Assembly: GCA_964415365.1 (NCBI GenBank)
Contig: CAYPYW010000005.1
Span: 14,579-78,578 of the forward strand
DNA length: 64,000 bases
Source of the DNA: an uncultured Actinomycetota bacterium
GTDB taxonomy: Bacteria; Actinomycetota; Humimicrobiia; Humimicrobiales; Humimicrobiaceae
Direction: 5' to 3'
Shown: positions 27,931 to 38,478 of the stretch, piece after piece
Layout: each line of letters opens with the position of its first letter
How positions within the stretch are numbered: the stretch's first letter is position 1
The notes under the pieces: model-generated
Databases searched by the model: none
The model's input: the letters and a program-made list of their open reading frames with translations, nothing else
Told to the model about the DNA's origin: nothing
Translations under genes and position numbers: made by a program

Positions 27931-29394
27931 ATGAAAAAAATTGTTTATTTCCTGTTAATAGTTGTACTTACTACTTCAATGCTGTTTTTAAGTATAAGTT
28001 GTAAAGAAAAAGCTGAAGGAACAGCTGAGGAAGTAGCGGAAGAGACCGAGGAAACAGTTGAGGAAGTAGCGGAAGAGACAGAGGAAACAGTAGAAGAGGC
28101 AGCCATTCCCGGAGAATGGGGAAATATTGATTGGAGACAATTTGAAGGAACTGAGTTATTTATAGTAGCGACTTCGATGCCAGTATCTGAGGTTTACAAA
28201 GAACATATTGGTGAATTCGAAGAACTAACAGGAATAAAGGTAAACTTAGAATTAATGGCAAGTGCAGACAGAAGGAAAATACAATTTACCGATTTTTCTA
28301 CCGGAAGAGGTTTATACGATGTCGGTGCTGATAGCATGGCCTACCGTCAATTATATGCAGAGTCTAATTTTGTGGAAAATCTGGATAAATATCTGAATGA
28401 CCCAAAATTAACCGATAAAGAATGGTATAATATTGATGATTATCTGCCTGATGTTATCAAGGGAGGTTATAGTAAGGCTGGAGATTTTGTTGCTATACCA
28501 TTTACTTGTGAATACTATCTCCTATGGTATCTAAAAGATGTTTTCGACCAGCTTGGGTTGAATCCTCCTGAGACTTGGGATGAATACGAGCAAGTTGTCG
28601 AAGCAATTGATAATGCAAGAGAAGCTGGCGAAATTGATGCTTATGCGTATGTTGACAGAACAGTACCAACGGGTGAAGGTGCCTGGAGTATGTTTTGCTC
28701 AGCGAGTCGTTGGGGTCTAGACTTAATAAACTTTGATGAAAAGATAAGTAATATGAGTACTCCGGAAGTTATTGAGTTTATGGAGTTTTACACAAGTTGG
28801 CCAGTAAAATATGGACCTCCGGGAGCTACTAACTGGAACTGGACTGAGATCGGAAATGCTTTTGGCCAGGGTAAGTTAGCTATGACGTTTGGTGGAAATG
28901 CTTCATGGGCCATTATTGAAGATGAATCAAAATCAACCGTTGCAGGAAAGGTTGGATATGCTCATTGTCCAATGAGAAATGATGGTAGGGATATTCTTTA
29001 TGAATGGAGTTGGATGATAAACTCAGATTCTCAAAATAAAGAAGCTTCATGGCTGTTTGTGCAATGGGCAACATCACCCACACTAATGAAGGAAATTGCT
29101 CCACAATATGGTGTCCCGGCAAGAGCTTCTTGCTATAGCGATCCAGCTTATATAGAGGCTATGCCTAATCAGGAATTTGTTGATGCCCAACTCTGGATGA
29201 TGGAGAATGGAATTAATCCAAAATCACAGACCACCACTTCTCTTTATGGAGAGGCAGCAGATATTTTATCTAAAGAGATGAATAATGTAGTTGCAGACAT
29301 AAAAGATGTTGTAACAGCATGTGCCGATGCTGATGCTGCGCTTGCAGAGCTTGGTTACACAGCTGCTGAAGAATATTACGAACCTGCTGAATAA
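27931..29394 (+). CDS. Sugar ABC transporter substrate-binding lipoprotein (family 1), with acidic tandem-repeat linker
   Basis: Signal peptide with lipobox LSISC. SBP_bac_1-like body. Strongly acidic. The N-terminal linker carries two 11-aa repeats (EEVAEETEETV x2) encoded by a 33-bp tandem repeat. Confidence 0.85.
   Translation: MKKIVYFLLIVVLTTSMLFLSISCKEKAEGTAEEVAEETEETVEEVAEETEETVEEAAIPGEWGNIDWRQFEGTELFIVATSMPVSEVYKEHIGEFEELTGIKVNLELMASADRRKIQFTDFSTGRGLYDVGADSMAYRQLYAESNFVENLDKYLNDPKLTDKEWYNIDDYLPDVIKGGYSKAGDFVAIPFTCEYYLLWYLKDVFDQLGLNPPETWDEYEQVVEAIDNAREAGEIDAYAYVDRTVPTGEGAWSMFCSASRWGLDLINFDEKISNMSTPEVIEFMEFYTSWPVKYGPPGATNWNWTEIGNAFGQGKLAMTFGGNASWAIIEDESKSTVAGKVGYAHCPMRNDGRDILYEWSWMINSDSQNKEASWLFVQWATSPTLMKEIAPQYGVPARASCYSDPAYIEAMPNQEFVDAQLWMMENGINPKSQTTTSLYGEAADILSKEMNNVVADIKDVVTACADADAALAELGYTAAEEYYEPAE
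28027..28092 (+). repeat. 33-bp tandem direct repeat x2 (31/33 identical) inside the sugar SBP gene, encoding EEVAEETEETV x2
   Basis: gaggaagtagcggaagagaccgaggaaacagtt / gaggaagtagcggaagagacagaggaaacagta, read from sequence. Confidence 0.8.
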
Positions 29395-29576
29395 TAAGAT
29401 AAAATAATAATGAAAGAAAAAGCTAATATAGAGGGGTTGAATCCCTCTATATTAGCGTAATAACAATAAAAAATTATGTATGCTATGCAAGTTTGCTGAT
29501 TGAAATTAATTAACAAACGTAATCCTCAATAGATTAAAAAGTGAAATAGTAAAATTAGTTAGAATATTCATTACAA

Positions 29577-30449
29577 ATGACAGATAAAAAATTCATATAT
29601 TTATCAATAATCCCCCTTATATTGATGGTTGTGTTAATAGGTATTGTTCCGTTGATTTATTCTTTTAATCTTTCATTAAGGGATTTTAGCCTGCTTCAAA
29701 AAACACATGAGTTCATTGGATTAACTAATTATATAAATTTATTTTCTAATGAGAGATTTATACATGCGGCGGTATTTACAATTATATTTGCCCTGGTAGC
29801 TACCGGGATAGAATTGGTGATCGGTTTTATTTTAGCTTATGTTTTAGCGGATAAAAGTGTTTCAAAAAAATATTCATCAATTATGCGAACATTAATGATG
29901 ATACCATATATAGTTGCTCCGGTAGCAATATCATATGTTTTTAAAAGTTTGATCTATGATCCTAGTTCAGGGTATCTGAATTATTTTTTAAGGCTTTTAA
30001 ACCTTCCGCAGTTCATAATATTTCAAGGAATGTATAATGGAATAATTGCTATACTTGTGTTGGAAATAATACTAAGAACACCTTTTATAACACTAATTCT
30101 TTATGCTGGAATATCGGCTATTCCTGATTCAGTCATCGAGGCAGCAGAGATAGACGGTGCAAATTTTATGCAGCGAATATTCAGGATTATAATACCTCAT
30201 ACAAGTAGTGTTATAGCAGTGGCATTCATTTTTAGATTTATGTCAGCAGTAAAAATGTTTGATGAAGTTTATGTTGTAACGGGAGGTGGCCCAGGATTTC
30301 TTACAGAAAATCTTTCACTCTATGCATCCGCACAAGCATTTGAATTTTTTCATAATGGCTATGCTGCAGCTGCTACCATTGTATTTTTTATAGCTATTGT
30401 GATAATAATAAATATTTTTCTTAAGGCTAGCAAATTTGGAGTTGATTAA
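29577..30449 (+). CDS. Sugar ABC transporter permease (MalF/UgpA-like)
   Basis: Six TM. EAA loop region AAEIDGANFMQRIFRIIIPH. Confidence 0.85.
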   Translation: MTDKKFIYLSIIPLILMVVLIGIVPLIYSFNLSLRDFSLLQKTHEFIGLTNYINLFSNERFIHAAVFTIIFALVATGIELVIGFILAYVLADKSVSKKYSSIMRTLMMIPYIVAPVAISYVFKSLIYDPSSGYLNYFLRLLNLPQFIIFQGMYNGIIAILVLEIILRTPFITLILYAGISAIPDSVIEAAEIDGANFMQRIFRIIIPHTSSVIAVAFIFRFMSAVKMFDEVYVVTGGGPGFLTENLSLYASAQAFEFFHNGYAAAATIVFFIAIVIIINIFLKASKFGVD

Positions 30450-30466
30450 AAAGGTGAATCATATAA

Positions 30467-31288
30467 ATGAAGAATAGAACATTAAAAATTGTTAAGCATG
30501 TTTTTTTAGCTTTAGCTGCTTTTATCGGTCTATTTCCATTTATTTTAGTATTTCTAACTTCGATTAAAACACGTGTGGATGCCATAGCAATGCCCCCAAA
30601 ATGGTTTTTTACTCCGACTTTCAGTAACTATATTGAACAGCTATTCAATGTGGATTTTCTTAATTCAGCAAAAAATAGTTTAATCATTGCAGGGACTGCT
30701 ACTCTAATTTCAACTATTATAGGTACTTTGGCTGGATATACATTTGCAAAATTTAAGTTCCGGGGTAGAAAGCTTTTATCACAGTCAACTCTCTGGTTAA
30801 GAATGGTGCCACCAATAGCATTTGTAATACCCTATTTTGTTATATGGAGTAATTTTAAACTTACGGATACGTATTTTGCAATGATTATTATGTATATTAA
30901 TGTGGCTGTACCTATTATAACTTGGATGATGTATAGTTTTTTCAAAGACATTCCAGTATCGGTTGAGGAAGCAGGTCTGGTTGATGGATGTAATAGGTTA
31001 CAGGTTTTACGATATATCATCATTCCTATGGTTTTACCAGGAATTTATGCTGCTTCAAGTTTATCATTTATCCTTTTATGGAATGAGTTCCTGTTCGCCT
31101 TATTTATCACAGGAAAGCATACGCGAACTCTGCCGGCAGAAATTTATGCTTCAATTGGCTATTATGAATTGGATTGGGGACAACTTTCAACCATTGCTGT
31201 AGTTGCAATTATACCTGCAATAATTTTTATATCTCTGACTCAAAGGTATATAGTCCGTGGGCTGACTATGGGTGCAATTAAGGAGTGA
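30467..31288 (+). CDS. Sugar ABC transporter permease (MalG/UgpE-like)
   Basis: Six TM. EAA-type loop EEAGLVDGCNRLQVLRYIIIPM. Confidence 0.85.
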   Translation: MKNRTLKIVKHVFLALAAFIGLFPFILVFLTSIKTRVDAIAMPPKWFFTPTFSNYIEQLFNVDFLNSAKNSLIIAGTATLISTIIGTLAGYTFAKFKFRGRKLLSQSTLWLRMVPPIAFVIPYFVIWSNFKLTDTYFAMIIMYINVAVPIITWMMYSFFKDIPVSVEEAGLVDGCNRLQVLRYIIIPMVLPGIYAASSLSFILLWNEFLFALFITGKHTRTLPAEIYASIGYYELDWGQLSTIAVVAIIPAIIFISLTQRYIVRGLTMGAIKE

Positions 31289-31393
31289 TTTATTTAATAT
31301 TTATTTTCACAATGATGTAACCAATGTAATAGGAAACAGCAAATATGGAAGTTTATAAAAACTTATAAAATATGGAAGGTGAATCTCTAAAAT

Positions 31394-32389
31394 ATGACCA
31401 TCTACGTGATAATATTAGTAATATTAATACTTGTTTATGCATTTCTAAATGGATTCCATGATAGCTGTACAGTAGTTGCTACCTTGATTGCATCACGAGC
31501 CACGTCTACTAAAATAGCTCTTTTTATAGCAGCTATTGGAAATCTTGCTGGTCCCTTTATCCTGGGTACCGCAGTAGCTAAAACACTAGGAGAGGGTCTC
31601 TTCAACCTTTATTCATTAAAAATAGAGGCAATCCTATTTGCTATTATAGGTGCAATTGCATGGAGTCTACTGACTTGGTTTTTTGCAATACCATCATCTT
31701 CATCTCATACCATAATAGGTGCAATGCTCGGTTCCTCAATTATCTTTAGTGGAATTGCTTCAATCAAGTTTGCAGGATTATATAAAATTATAATTTTTTT
31801 GCTACTTAGCCCTGTAATTGGATATATTTTTGGTTATATAAATTCTAAAATAACATGCATGCTTTTAAGAAATGCTAAACCTAAGATAAACACCATATTG
31901 AGAATTTTACAAATTCCCATTACCTCAATGGTGGCGATAAGTCATGGTGCCAATGATTCTCAGAAGACTACATCACTTATGGCCATGGTATTTTTCATTC
32001 TTGGAGCATCCTCAAGCTTCTATATCCCATTCTGGATGATAGCAGCAAACGCAGCAGCAATATCTATAGGCACAATTGTAGGAGGAGGAAGGATAATAAA
32101 AACATTGGGTCAGAAAATATACAAAATAAGACCAGTAGATGGTTTTTCGGCCCAGCTTTCTTCTGCTGTTATAATTTGTGTTTCTTCAATACTAGGAGGA
32201 CCTGTAAGCTCAACTCATGTAGTAACCTCGGCAATAGTGGGTGCGGGAGCATCAGAAAGAATAAACAAGATAAGATGGACTACTCTAAATAAGGTTATCT
32301 TTGTTCTTTTTACAACAATACCTGCTTCTGCTATTTGTTCAATATTACTGTCATATTTGTATGTAACATTTAAAGGATGGTTATTGTGA
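31394..32389 (+). CDS. Inorganic phosphate transporter, PiT (PHO4) family
   Basis: Two PiT signature regions (FLNGFHDSCTVVAT and SHGANDSQKT). About 10 TM. Confidence 0.8.
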   Translation: MTIYVIILVILILVYAFLNGFHDSCTVVATLIASRATSTKIALFIAAIGNLAGPFILGTAVAKTLGEGLFNLYSLKIEAILFAIIGAIAWSLLTWFFAIPSSSSHTIIGAMLGSSIIFSGIASIKFAGLYKIIIFLLLSPVIGYIFGYINSKITCMLLRNAKPKINTILRILQIPITSMVAISHGANDSQKTTSLMAMVFFILGASSSFYIPFWMIAANAAAISIGTIVGGGRIIKTLGQKIYKIRPVDGFSAQLSSAVIICVSSILGGPVSSTHVVTSAIVGAGASERINKIRWTTLNKVIFVLFTTIPASAICSILLSYLYVTFKGWLL

Positions 32390-33003
32390 GACTATTTAAG
32401 AGAAGAAAATCTATATTTCTGAAACTTTTGATTGACCAGGCGGGAAGAACAATGGAAGGAATTGAATATTTAAAGCATTATATGGAATCAGGGGATAGTT
32501 CTACTGCAAAGGATATAGATAATAAAGAAAAAGAAGGAGACGAAATTAGAAGGATATTGATAGATGAAATAAACAGGACTTTTTCAACACCATTTGACAG
32601 AGAAGACATCTTCTCCCTGTCAAGGGCTATAGATGACATACTTGATTATGCAAATACGGCAGTAGATGAGATGGACATTTTAAATATTAAACCAAATTCA
32701 CATCTTATAAAAATGTCAGATATCCTTTTAAGAGCTGCAAGAAACCTATACCAGGCTGTAAAAATGCTATCAAGTTATCCAAGAGTATCTACAAATCATG
32801 TAATCAAGACAAAAGAGTTTGAAAATAGGTTGGAAAGGGTTTACAGAGCTGCTCTTTCAGAACTTTTCAGTACCCCAAAAGACTTGAAAGGAATAATTGA
32901 TATTTTAAAGGAAAGAGAGCTTTACAGACACCTTTCAAATGCGGGTGATAAATGTGATGAAGCAGCAGATATTATTGGAGACATACTGGTTAAAAACTTT
33001 TAA
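32377..33003 (+). CDS. DUF47 / PhoU-like protein paired with PiT transporter
   Basis: 208-aa helical protein that overlaps the pit stop. This is the conserved Pit-associated (TIGR00153-like) arrangement. Confidence 0.7.
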   Translation: MVIVRLFKRRKSIFLKLLIDQAGRTMEGIEYLKHYMESGDSSTAKDIDNKEKEGDEIRRILIDEINRTFSTPFDREDIFSLSRAIDDILDYANTAVDEMDILNIKPNSHLIKMSDILLRAARNLYQAVKMLSSYPRVSTNHVIKTKEFENRLERVYRAALSELFSTPKDLKGIIDILKERELYRHLSNAGDKCDEAADIIGDILVKNF

Positions 33004-33143
33004 AAAATATTGCAGAGAAGTATAAATAAATATTAATCTGCAGCGAAGTAATACAAAGATATAAGATTGGTTTTGGATATATTTAGGGACAGAAATGGAG
33101 AATATTACGGGATCTTATTTTTATAAAAAGATAATTATATTTT

Positions 33144-34010
33144 ATGCATTTAGAGGGAGGAAAAATGTGGTTAAAAGGCTGTTTCCATATTCATTCTAGC
33201 CACAGCGATGGTAAATTAAAACCGGCTGAAATTTATAATTTCTATAAGAATAAGGGGTATGATTTCATCGCGATAACTGATCATAATATCGTTACAAAAG
33301 TAAATAATAAATCTGATAAAGACTTTCTGGTTATAGAAAACTCGGTAGAGTTTAATCTTGCCGATTCAGATTTGCATATACTTGGTATCGGCATGCAAAG
33401 TGAAAGGTTTGAGAAGTTTCAAGATCACCAGGAAATAATAAATTATATATTGAAAAACGGTGGTATTAGCATAATAGCTCATCCCAACTGGTTGTGGGTG
33501 CCTGGTTTCAATGAATTATCAAGATTAAGAGATTATCATGGTATAGAAATCTTTAATGCCTCTATAAAAGAACCACCTGTGGATTTATATTCAAGTTCAT
33601 CTTTTGCACTGGAAAAATGGGATTATCTGTTAAGTAAAGGCATTGAAATATGGGGTTTTGCTGCTGATGATTTACACGCTCCAAAGAAGCATTTGGTTTT
33701 TAATGGATGGATAATGGTAAACGTAAAAAAAATGTCTAAGGAGGATATATTTGATTCTATAAAAAAAGGAGACTTCTACTGTTCGACTGGTGTTATTTTG
33801 AATGATTATTATTGTAACGAAAATAATTATTATGTGGATTCAGAAAATGGAGAAGAAGTGGTTTTTGTAGGTGATAATGGAAAGATAATAAAAGCAATAG
33901 ATGGGAAAAAAGGCAAAATTGAAATAAGTAAGAAATTTAAATATATAAGATGTGAAGTAAGATCGAAAGATGGGATTGCATATACTCAGCCTGTTTTTAC
34001 AGGTTCCTGA
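33144..34010 (+). CDS. PHP-domain metal-dependent phosphoesterase
   Basis: CFHIHSSHSDG (HxH...SDG) and ITDHN motifs of the PHP family. Confidence 0.7.
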   Translation: MHLEGGKMWLKGCFHIHSSHSDGKLKPAEIYNFYKNKGYDFIAITDHNIVTKVNNKSDKDFLVIENSVEFNLADSDLHILGIGMQSERFEKFQDHQEIINYILKNGGISIIAHPNWLWVPGFNELSRLRDYHGIEIFNASIKEPPVDLYSSSSFALEKWDYLLSKGIEIWGFAADDLHAPKKHLVFNGWIMVNVKKMSKEDIFDSIKKGDFYCSTGVILNDYYCNENNYYVDSENGEEVVFVGDNGKIIKAIDGKKGKIEISKKFKYIRCEVRSKDGIAYTQPVFTGS

Positions 34011-34062
34011 GTTACTCATGGATATATGTTTAATAAATATAAGTTAGATTGAGGAGCAAGAA

Positions 34063-35019
34063 ATGCAGGAATTACAGAATTTCGAAAAAAAGAATAATGA
34101 TATCAGAAACGCTTTCAAAGAATTAATAAAAAGAAATAAGATAAAAAACAAACTTAAACTATCCTGGAGCAACTGGGGTTTTGGATTGGAACCTATTGAA
34201 GATTCTTTTAAAAGGTTAAAAAAATATGGTGTTAATTATGTTGAGCTGCATGGAAACAGGTATGGTCCTGATTTGGGATATAGGGCAGAAAAATTAAAAA
34301 AATTTCTTTCCAGTTATGATATAAAGGTATCAGGTGTGTGTGGAATGGTCTGGGAGGAATCCGAGCTTGCTTCAAAAAGTCCGTTTATCAGGCAAAGATG
34401 TATAGATTATTTTAGGAGGAATATAGAACTATGCAGAGAAGTAGGGGGAGAGTATATATTATTTACACCTGGTGCTGTAGGAAGACCTCAAAAGTATGAT
34501 GATTTTGAGTTCGACAGGGCAGTTGAAGCTTTAAAAATACTGGGAGATCTTTTTTTGGATGCAGGGGTAAAAGCAGCAATTGAGCCAGTTAGAAAAGATG
34601 AAGTGAGCTTCTGCCATACATTTGAAGATGTCGCACGTTTAATAAAGGCTGTAGACCATAAGGGTGTGGCCCATATTGCAGGAGATGTCTATCATATGCT
34701 TCACCACGAAGAACATATCGGGAAAACTATATTGGATTTTGGTGATTACCTGGTAAATATTCATATGGCTGATACCAACAGGAAAGCATTGGGTTCCGGG
34801 ATGCTGGACCTGGATATAATAATTATGACACTGTATCTTATAGATTATAATAATAAAAAAGCCTTTCTATCTGCAGAGCCGCTGGGTCCAAGTGCAGATC
34901 CATATTATCAAATTTACGGTAGAACGGATCCCGGGATTCTGGATAAACTTGTATCTGATACGTCTGAATATTTTCATAAAAGAGAAAGCATAGTGCTTGA
35001 GGAAGGTAATGATGATTGA
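34063..35019 (+). CDS. Sugar phosphate isomerase/epimerase (xylose isomerase-like TIM barrel)
   Basis: TIM-barrel AP-endonuclease-2/xylose-isomerase-like pattern with conserved E and H/D metal ligands (AAIEPV, HMADTN). Confidence 0.72.
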   Translation: MQELQNFEKKNNDIRNAFKELIKRNKIKNKLKLSWSNWGFGLEPIEDSFKRLKKYGVNYVELHGNRYGPDLGYRAEKLKKFLSSYDIKVSGVCGMVWEESELASKSPFIRQRCIDYFRRNIELCREVGGEYILFTPGAVGRPQKYDDFEFDRAVEALKILGDLFLDAGVKAAIEPVRKDEVSFCHTFEDVARLIKAVDHKGVAHIAGDVYHMLHHEEHIGKTILDFGDYLVNIHMADTNRKALGSGMLDLDIIIMTLYLIDYNNKKAFLSAEPLGPSADPYYQIYGRTDPGILDKLVSDTSEYFHKRESIVLEEGNDD

Positions 35020-35953
35020 AATACTTACAGCGGGTGAGATACTGGTTGAAATAATGAGGGAAGAGATTGGCACCGGTCTTGCTGAAACAAGCACATTCAG
35101 AGGGCCTTTTGCAAGTGGGGCCCCTGCTATATTTATAGACACTGCTGCGAATCTGGGGCATAAGGCAGCTATTATTGGCGGTGTTGGAGACGATGATTTC
35201 GGTGACCTGTGCATAAATAGATTAAAGGAAGACGGGGTGGAGATAGCTGGAATAAAAAGAAGTAAACTGGCCACAGGAGTAGCTTTTGTTGCTTATTTTG
35301 ATGATGGCAGCAGGAAATTTATTTACCATATCAGGGATTCGGCTGCCTCTGATCTGGGTGACCTGCCGGAGGAAAGAATAAAAGAGGTAAGGATATTTCA
35401 TGTTATGGGGTGCTCTCTTATGATAAAAAAGGAAATAGCAGAAAGAATAATAGCATATGCAAATATGGTAAAAGAATCCGGAGGAAGGGTATCCTTTGAC
35501 CCGAATATAAGAGTTGAACTTATGAACATGGATTATATAAAAAAGACAGTCAAAGATATTAGTAACCTTTCAGACATAATGATGCCCGGGTTAAAGGAAT
35601 TATACTTTCTAACAAATACTGATGATAAAAAAAGTGCTATAAAAAAAATACTGGAAAGAGTTGAGATACTGGTATTAAAACTTGGCGACAGGGGATGTGA
35701 GATTTATTCTAAAGAATTGAATAAAGTTTTGAACGTCCCATCCTTTAAAATAGAGCAGATAGACCCCACAGGAGCAGGTGACTGTTTTGATGCGGGATTT
35801 TTATGTGCTTATCTTGAAGGTAAAAGCCTTTTTGATTGCGGTTTGCTTGCAAATGCCTGTGGCGCAATGAATACAATGAAGCTGGGCCCGATGGAAGGAG
35901 TGGCAAGGAGGGAGATGGCGGATAAATTTATTGAATCTAATAGAAATGGCTAA
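35012..35953 (+). CDS. PfkB-family carbohydrate kinase
   Basis: N-terminal GEILVE and C-terminal DPTGAGDCFDAGF (PfkB signature 2). ATG 35012 is preceded by GAGGAAGG and overlaps the upstream stop. The track start 34997 is a TTG 5 codons earlier. Confidence 0.8.
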   Translation: MIEILTAGEILVEIMREEIGTGLAETSTFRGPFASGAPAIFIDTAANLGHKAAIIGGVGDDDFGDLCINRLKEDGVEIAGIKRSKLATGVAFVAYFDDGSRKFIYHIRDSAASDLGDLPEERIKEVRIFHVMGCSLMIKKEIAERIIAYANMVKESGGRVSFDPNIRVELMNMDYIKKTVKDISNLSDIMMPGLKELYFLTNTDDKKSAIKKILERVEILVLKLGDRGCEIYSKELNKVLNVPSFKIEQIDPTGAGDCFDAGFLCAYLEGKSLFDCGLLANACGAMNTMKLGPMEGVARREMADKFIESNRNG

Positions 35954-37235
35954 AGTCATGGAAATAGGAGAAAAAATAGATAACAGTAAAATAAGGGTGG
36001 AAGCGGAATCCAAAAACATACCACTGTTGGAATTATTGATGGAAAGAATAGAGAAACTGTCCAAAAAGGAGGATACAGGATCAACATTATTTGCTGTCTG
36101 TCCAAATTCAGAAATGGTTATCAGAGCAGCTATCTGTTCGGCTGCAAGAGCAGATGCTCCGGTACTGTTTGCTGCAACTCTAAACCAGGTAGATATCGAT
36201 AGGGGTTATACGGGGTGGACACAGGACGACCTGGTAAAGAAGATAAAGGAAGAGTCTTACAGGATAGCCTACCCCGGACCCGTGATAGTAGGAGTGGACC
36301 ATGGAGGTCCTTGGGTAAAGGACAAACAGGCTATTGAGAAATGGGACCTTGAGTGTTCAATGAACTGGACCAGGAAATCATTTGAGACTGCGTTATTGGC
36401 AGGATTTGACCTGATCCATGTGGATACCACTGTAGATATTTCCGGAAAGATTGAAATAAATGAAGTAGCTGAAAGGACTATAGAATTGATATCACATGTC
36501 GAAACTTTTCGAAAGGAAAAAAGCTTGAAGCCCATCTCTTACGAAGTAGGCACAGAAGAAGTTCATGGAGGACTTGCAGATATAAGTATTTTCAAGAAGT
36601 TTCTTAGCCTTTTAGAGGATGGTTTAAAGATGAAAAATCTGGCAAAGATCTGGCCGGTGTTTATAGTCGCCAAAGTGGGAACCGATCTTCATACATCAAC
36701 ATTTGATCCTGATATCGCAAGAGAAGTGGTAAATATTGCCAGAGGGTACGGTTCTTATATTAAAGGTCATTACACTGATTTTGTGGATAATCCCCAGGAA
36801 TACCCGGAAAGTGGCGTCGGAGCTGCCAATGTAGGTCCCGAATTCACCCTTCTGGAATTCAAAGCATTGGAACAGCTGTCCCTGATTGAAGACAAATTAT
36901 ATGAAAGTGGGAGAATTGGCATTAAATCGGATTATATGAATGTGCTGGAAAAAGCTGTATTGGGTTCCGGCAGGTGGAAAAAGTGGCTACAGGATGATGA
37001 GAAAGATTTTAACAGTATTGAAAAAGACAGGAAAAGGTGGATTATAAGTACAAGTGCAAGGTATGTATGGGAAAATCCGGAGGTAAAATTCTGCCAGAAA
37101 AGAATGTTTGCCAATCTCAGAGCCAATGGAATTGATGGGGAAAATATGGTACTGAATAATATTGAAAAAGGGATGGATAAGTATTTTAGAGAATTTAACC
37201 TGTTGGATATAAATTCAAGATTGATGATAGTGTAG
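35931..37235 (+). CDS. GatZ/KbaZ-family protein (tagatose-bisphosphate aldolase accessory / tagatose-6-phosphate kinase-like)
   Basis: The N-terminal third TLFAVCPNSEMVIRAAICSAA resembles the conserved GatZ/KbaZ N-terminal motif. Length 434 aa is in range for this family. Confidence 0.7.
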   Translation: MNLIEMAKVMEIGEKIDNSKIRVEAESKNIPLLELLMERIEKLSKKEDTGSTLFAVCPNSEMVIRAAICSAARADAPVLFAATLNQVDIDRGYTGWTQDDLVKKIKEESYRIAYPGPVIVGVDHGGPWVKDKQAIEKWDLECSMNWTRKSFETALLAGFDLIHVDTTVDISGKIEINEVAERTIELISHVETFRKEKSLKPISYEVGTEEVHGGLADISIFKKFLSLLEDGLKMKNLAKIWPVFIVAKVGTDLHTSTFDPDIAREVVNIARGYGSYIKGHYTDFVDNPQEYPESGVGAANVGPEFTLLEFKALEQLSLIEDKLYESGRIGIKSDYMNVLEKAVLGSGRWKKWLQDDEKDFNSIEKDRKRWIISTSARYVWENPEVKFCQKRMFANLRANGIDGENMVLNNIEKGMDKYFREFNLLDINSRLMIV

Positions 37236-37347
37236 GCCAAACTACTGAATATGGATTATTGGTCGTGTAATTTTATAAGAAATTAATATTTTTGGAGATT
37301 TGACAGTATTTTGGTTTAGGATTCTATATTTAAGAGGAGAAAAAAGA

Positions 37348-38370
37348 ATGACTAAAAATAACAATAATATAGAAGGTAATTTTCGTATAGCAATCATTGG
37401 TGCCGGGATCCATGCCGAGACCAATACCTACCCCAGTCTGGCTAATCATCTTTTAGAGAATGTTGAAAAGCTGGCAGTTTGTGATCTTGATGAGGAGAAG
37501 GCAAAAAAAATGGCAGCCAGGAGTGGATTTAAAAGAACTTATTCGGATTTCAGAAAGATGCTGCAGAAGGAGGAGCCGGATGGAGTGATAGTGTGTGTCA
37601 ATGCTGAGCTGCATCCAAAGATGACCATGGAATGTCTGAAAATGGGAGCTAATGTAATGGTAGAAAAACCTCCGGCCCGCACTGTGGAGGAAGCGAATGA
37701 AGTACTCGCAGTTTCCAGATCAACAGGAAAAATAGTAATGGTGGCGCATCAAAAAAGGCATGCTATTGTTTATAAAAAAGCCAAAGAAATCGTAGGCGAT
37801 AAAGAGAATTTTGGGAACCTGGTCCAAATTGAAGCAAAAATGCATGGTATGGACAGGTTTCCTACAACTTTTACCTGCTTAATAGAGTGGCAAATCCATA
37901 ATATCGATCTTCTGAGGGCATTTGGAGGGGATATCAAAAAAATATCTGTCATGTCTCGAAGATTTACAGAAAATACAGCATCGCTGGTATTGATACTTAA
38001 ATTTAAAAACGGTGTAGTAGGTACTGTAGGCTGGGGAACATTTGGTGGTCCGGGACCCTATTGTGAGCGGCTGGAGATTGTAGGGGACAAAGGTAAGGGA
38101 GTAATTGTTACTAATGCCTATGATTTGATCTACTATGACGGGTCCTGGTGTCAGAGATGGGCTCCGGACTGGAACCCCGATTTGGGTAATCAGAGCCATG
38201 TCCTGAATGGATATGTGGGAGAGATCCTGCATTTTATTGAATGTGCAAAGAATAATATAAATCCATCTCCTTCGATAGAGGACGGGGTCAGGTCTCTGGA
38301 AGCGATTTACGAGATTGCCCGCCAGGCAGGGATTACGCCGGAATGGAGGTTTACACCAAGCAGATTCTAA
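37348..38370 (+). CDS. Gfo/Idh/MocA-family NAD(P)-dependent oxidoreductase
   Basis: N-terminal Rossmann region FRIAIIGAGIHAE with EKP motif (MVEKPPA). ATG 37348 is preceded by GAGGAG. Confidence 0.8.
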   Translation: MTKNNNNIEGNFRIAIIGAGIHAETNTYPSLANHLLENVEKLAVCDLDEEKAKKMAARSGFKRTYSDFRKMLQKEEPDGVIVCVNAELHPKMTMECLKMGANVMVEKPPARTVEEANEVLAVSRSTGKIVMVAHQKRHAIVYKKAKEIVGDKENFGNLVQIEAKMHGMDRFPTTFTCLIEWQIHNIDLLRAFGGDIKKISVMSRRFTENTASLVLILKFKNGVVGTVGWGTFGGPGPYCERLEIVGDKGKGVIVTNAYDLIYYDGSWCQRWAPDWNPDLGNQSHVLNGYVGEILHFIECAKNNINPSPSIEDGVRSLEAIYEIARQAGITPEWRFTPSRF

Positions 38371-38478
38371 GACTACAAAGAGGATGAAAGGGGTCATTGT
38401 TTTAATTATTTTGAGAGCAGGTATGATAGAGATTTTTTAAAATTGATAAATATAGAGGAATAAATTTTTTATGGTTTT

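Noticed and set aside
37879-38397. 172-aa minus-strand ORF (also 2652-3134, 40478-40912, 42189-42560, 59910-60341, 56728-57102 and other antisense ORFs of 60-160 aa)
   Set aside because: All lie wholly or largely antisense within strongly supported conserved genes (Gfo/Idh/MocA, pgk, gldA-like, transaldolase, pheT, pheS). They are low-complexity and have no independent signals, so I treat them as frame artefacts of AT-rich DNA.
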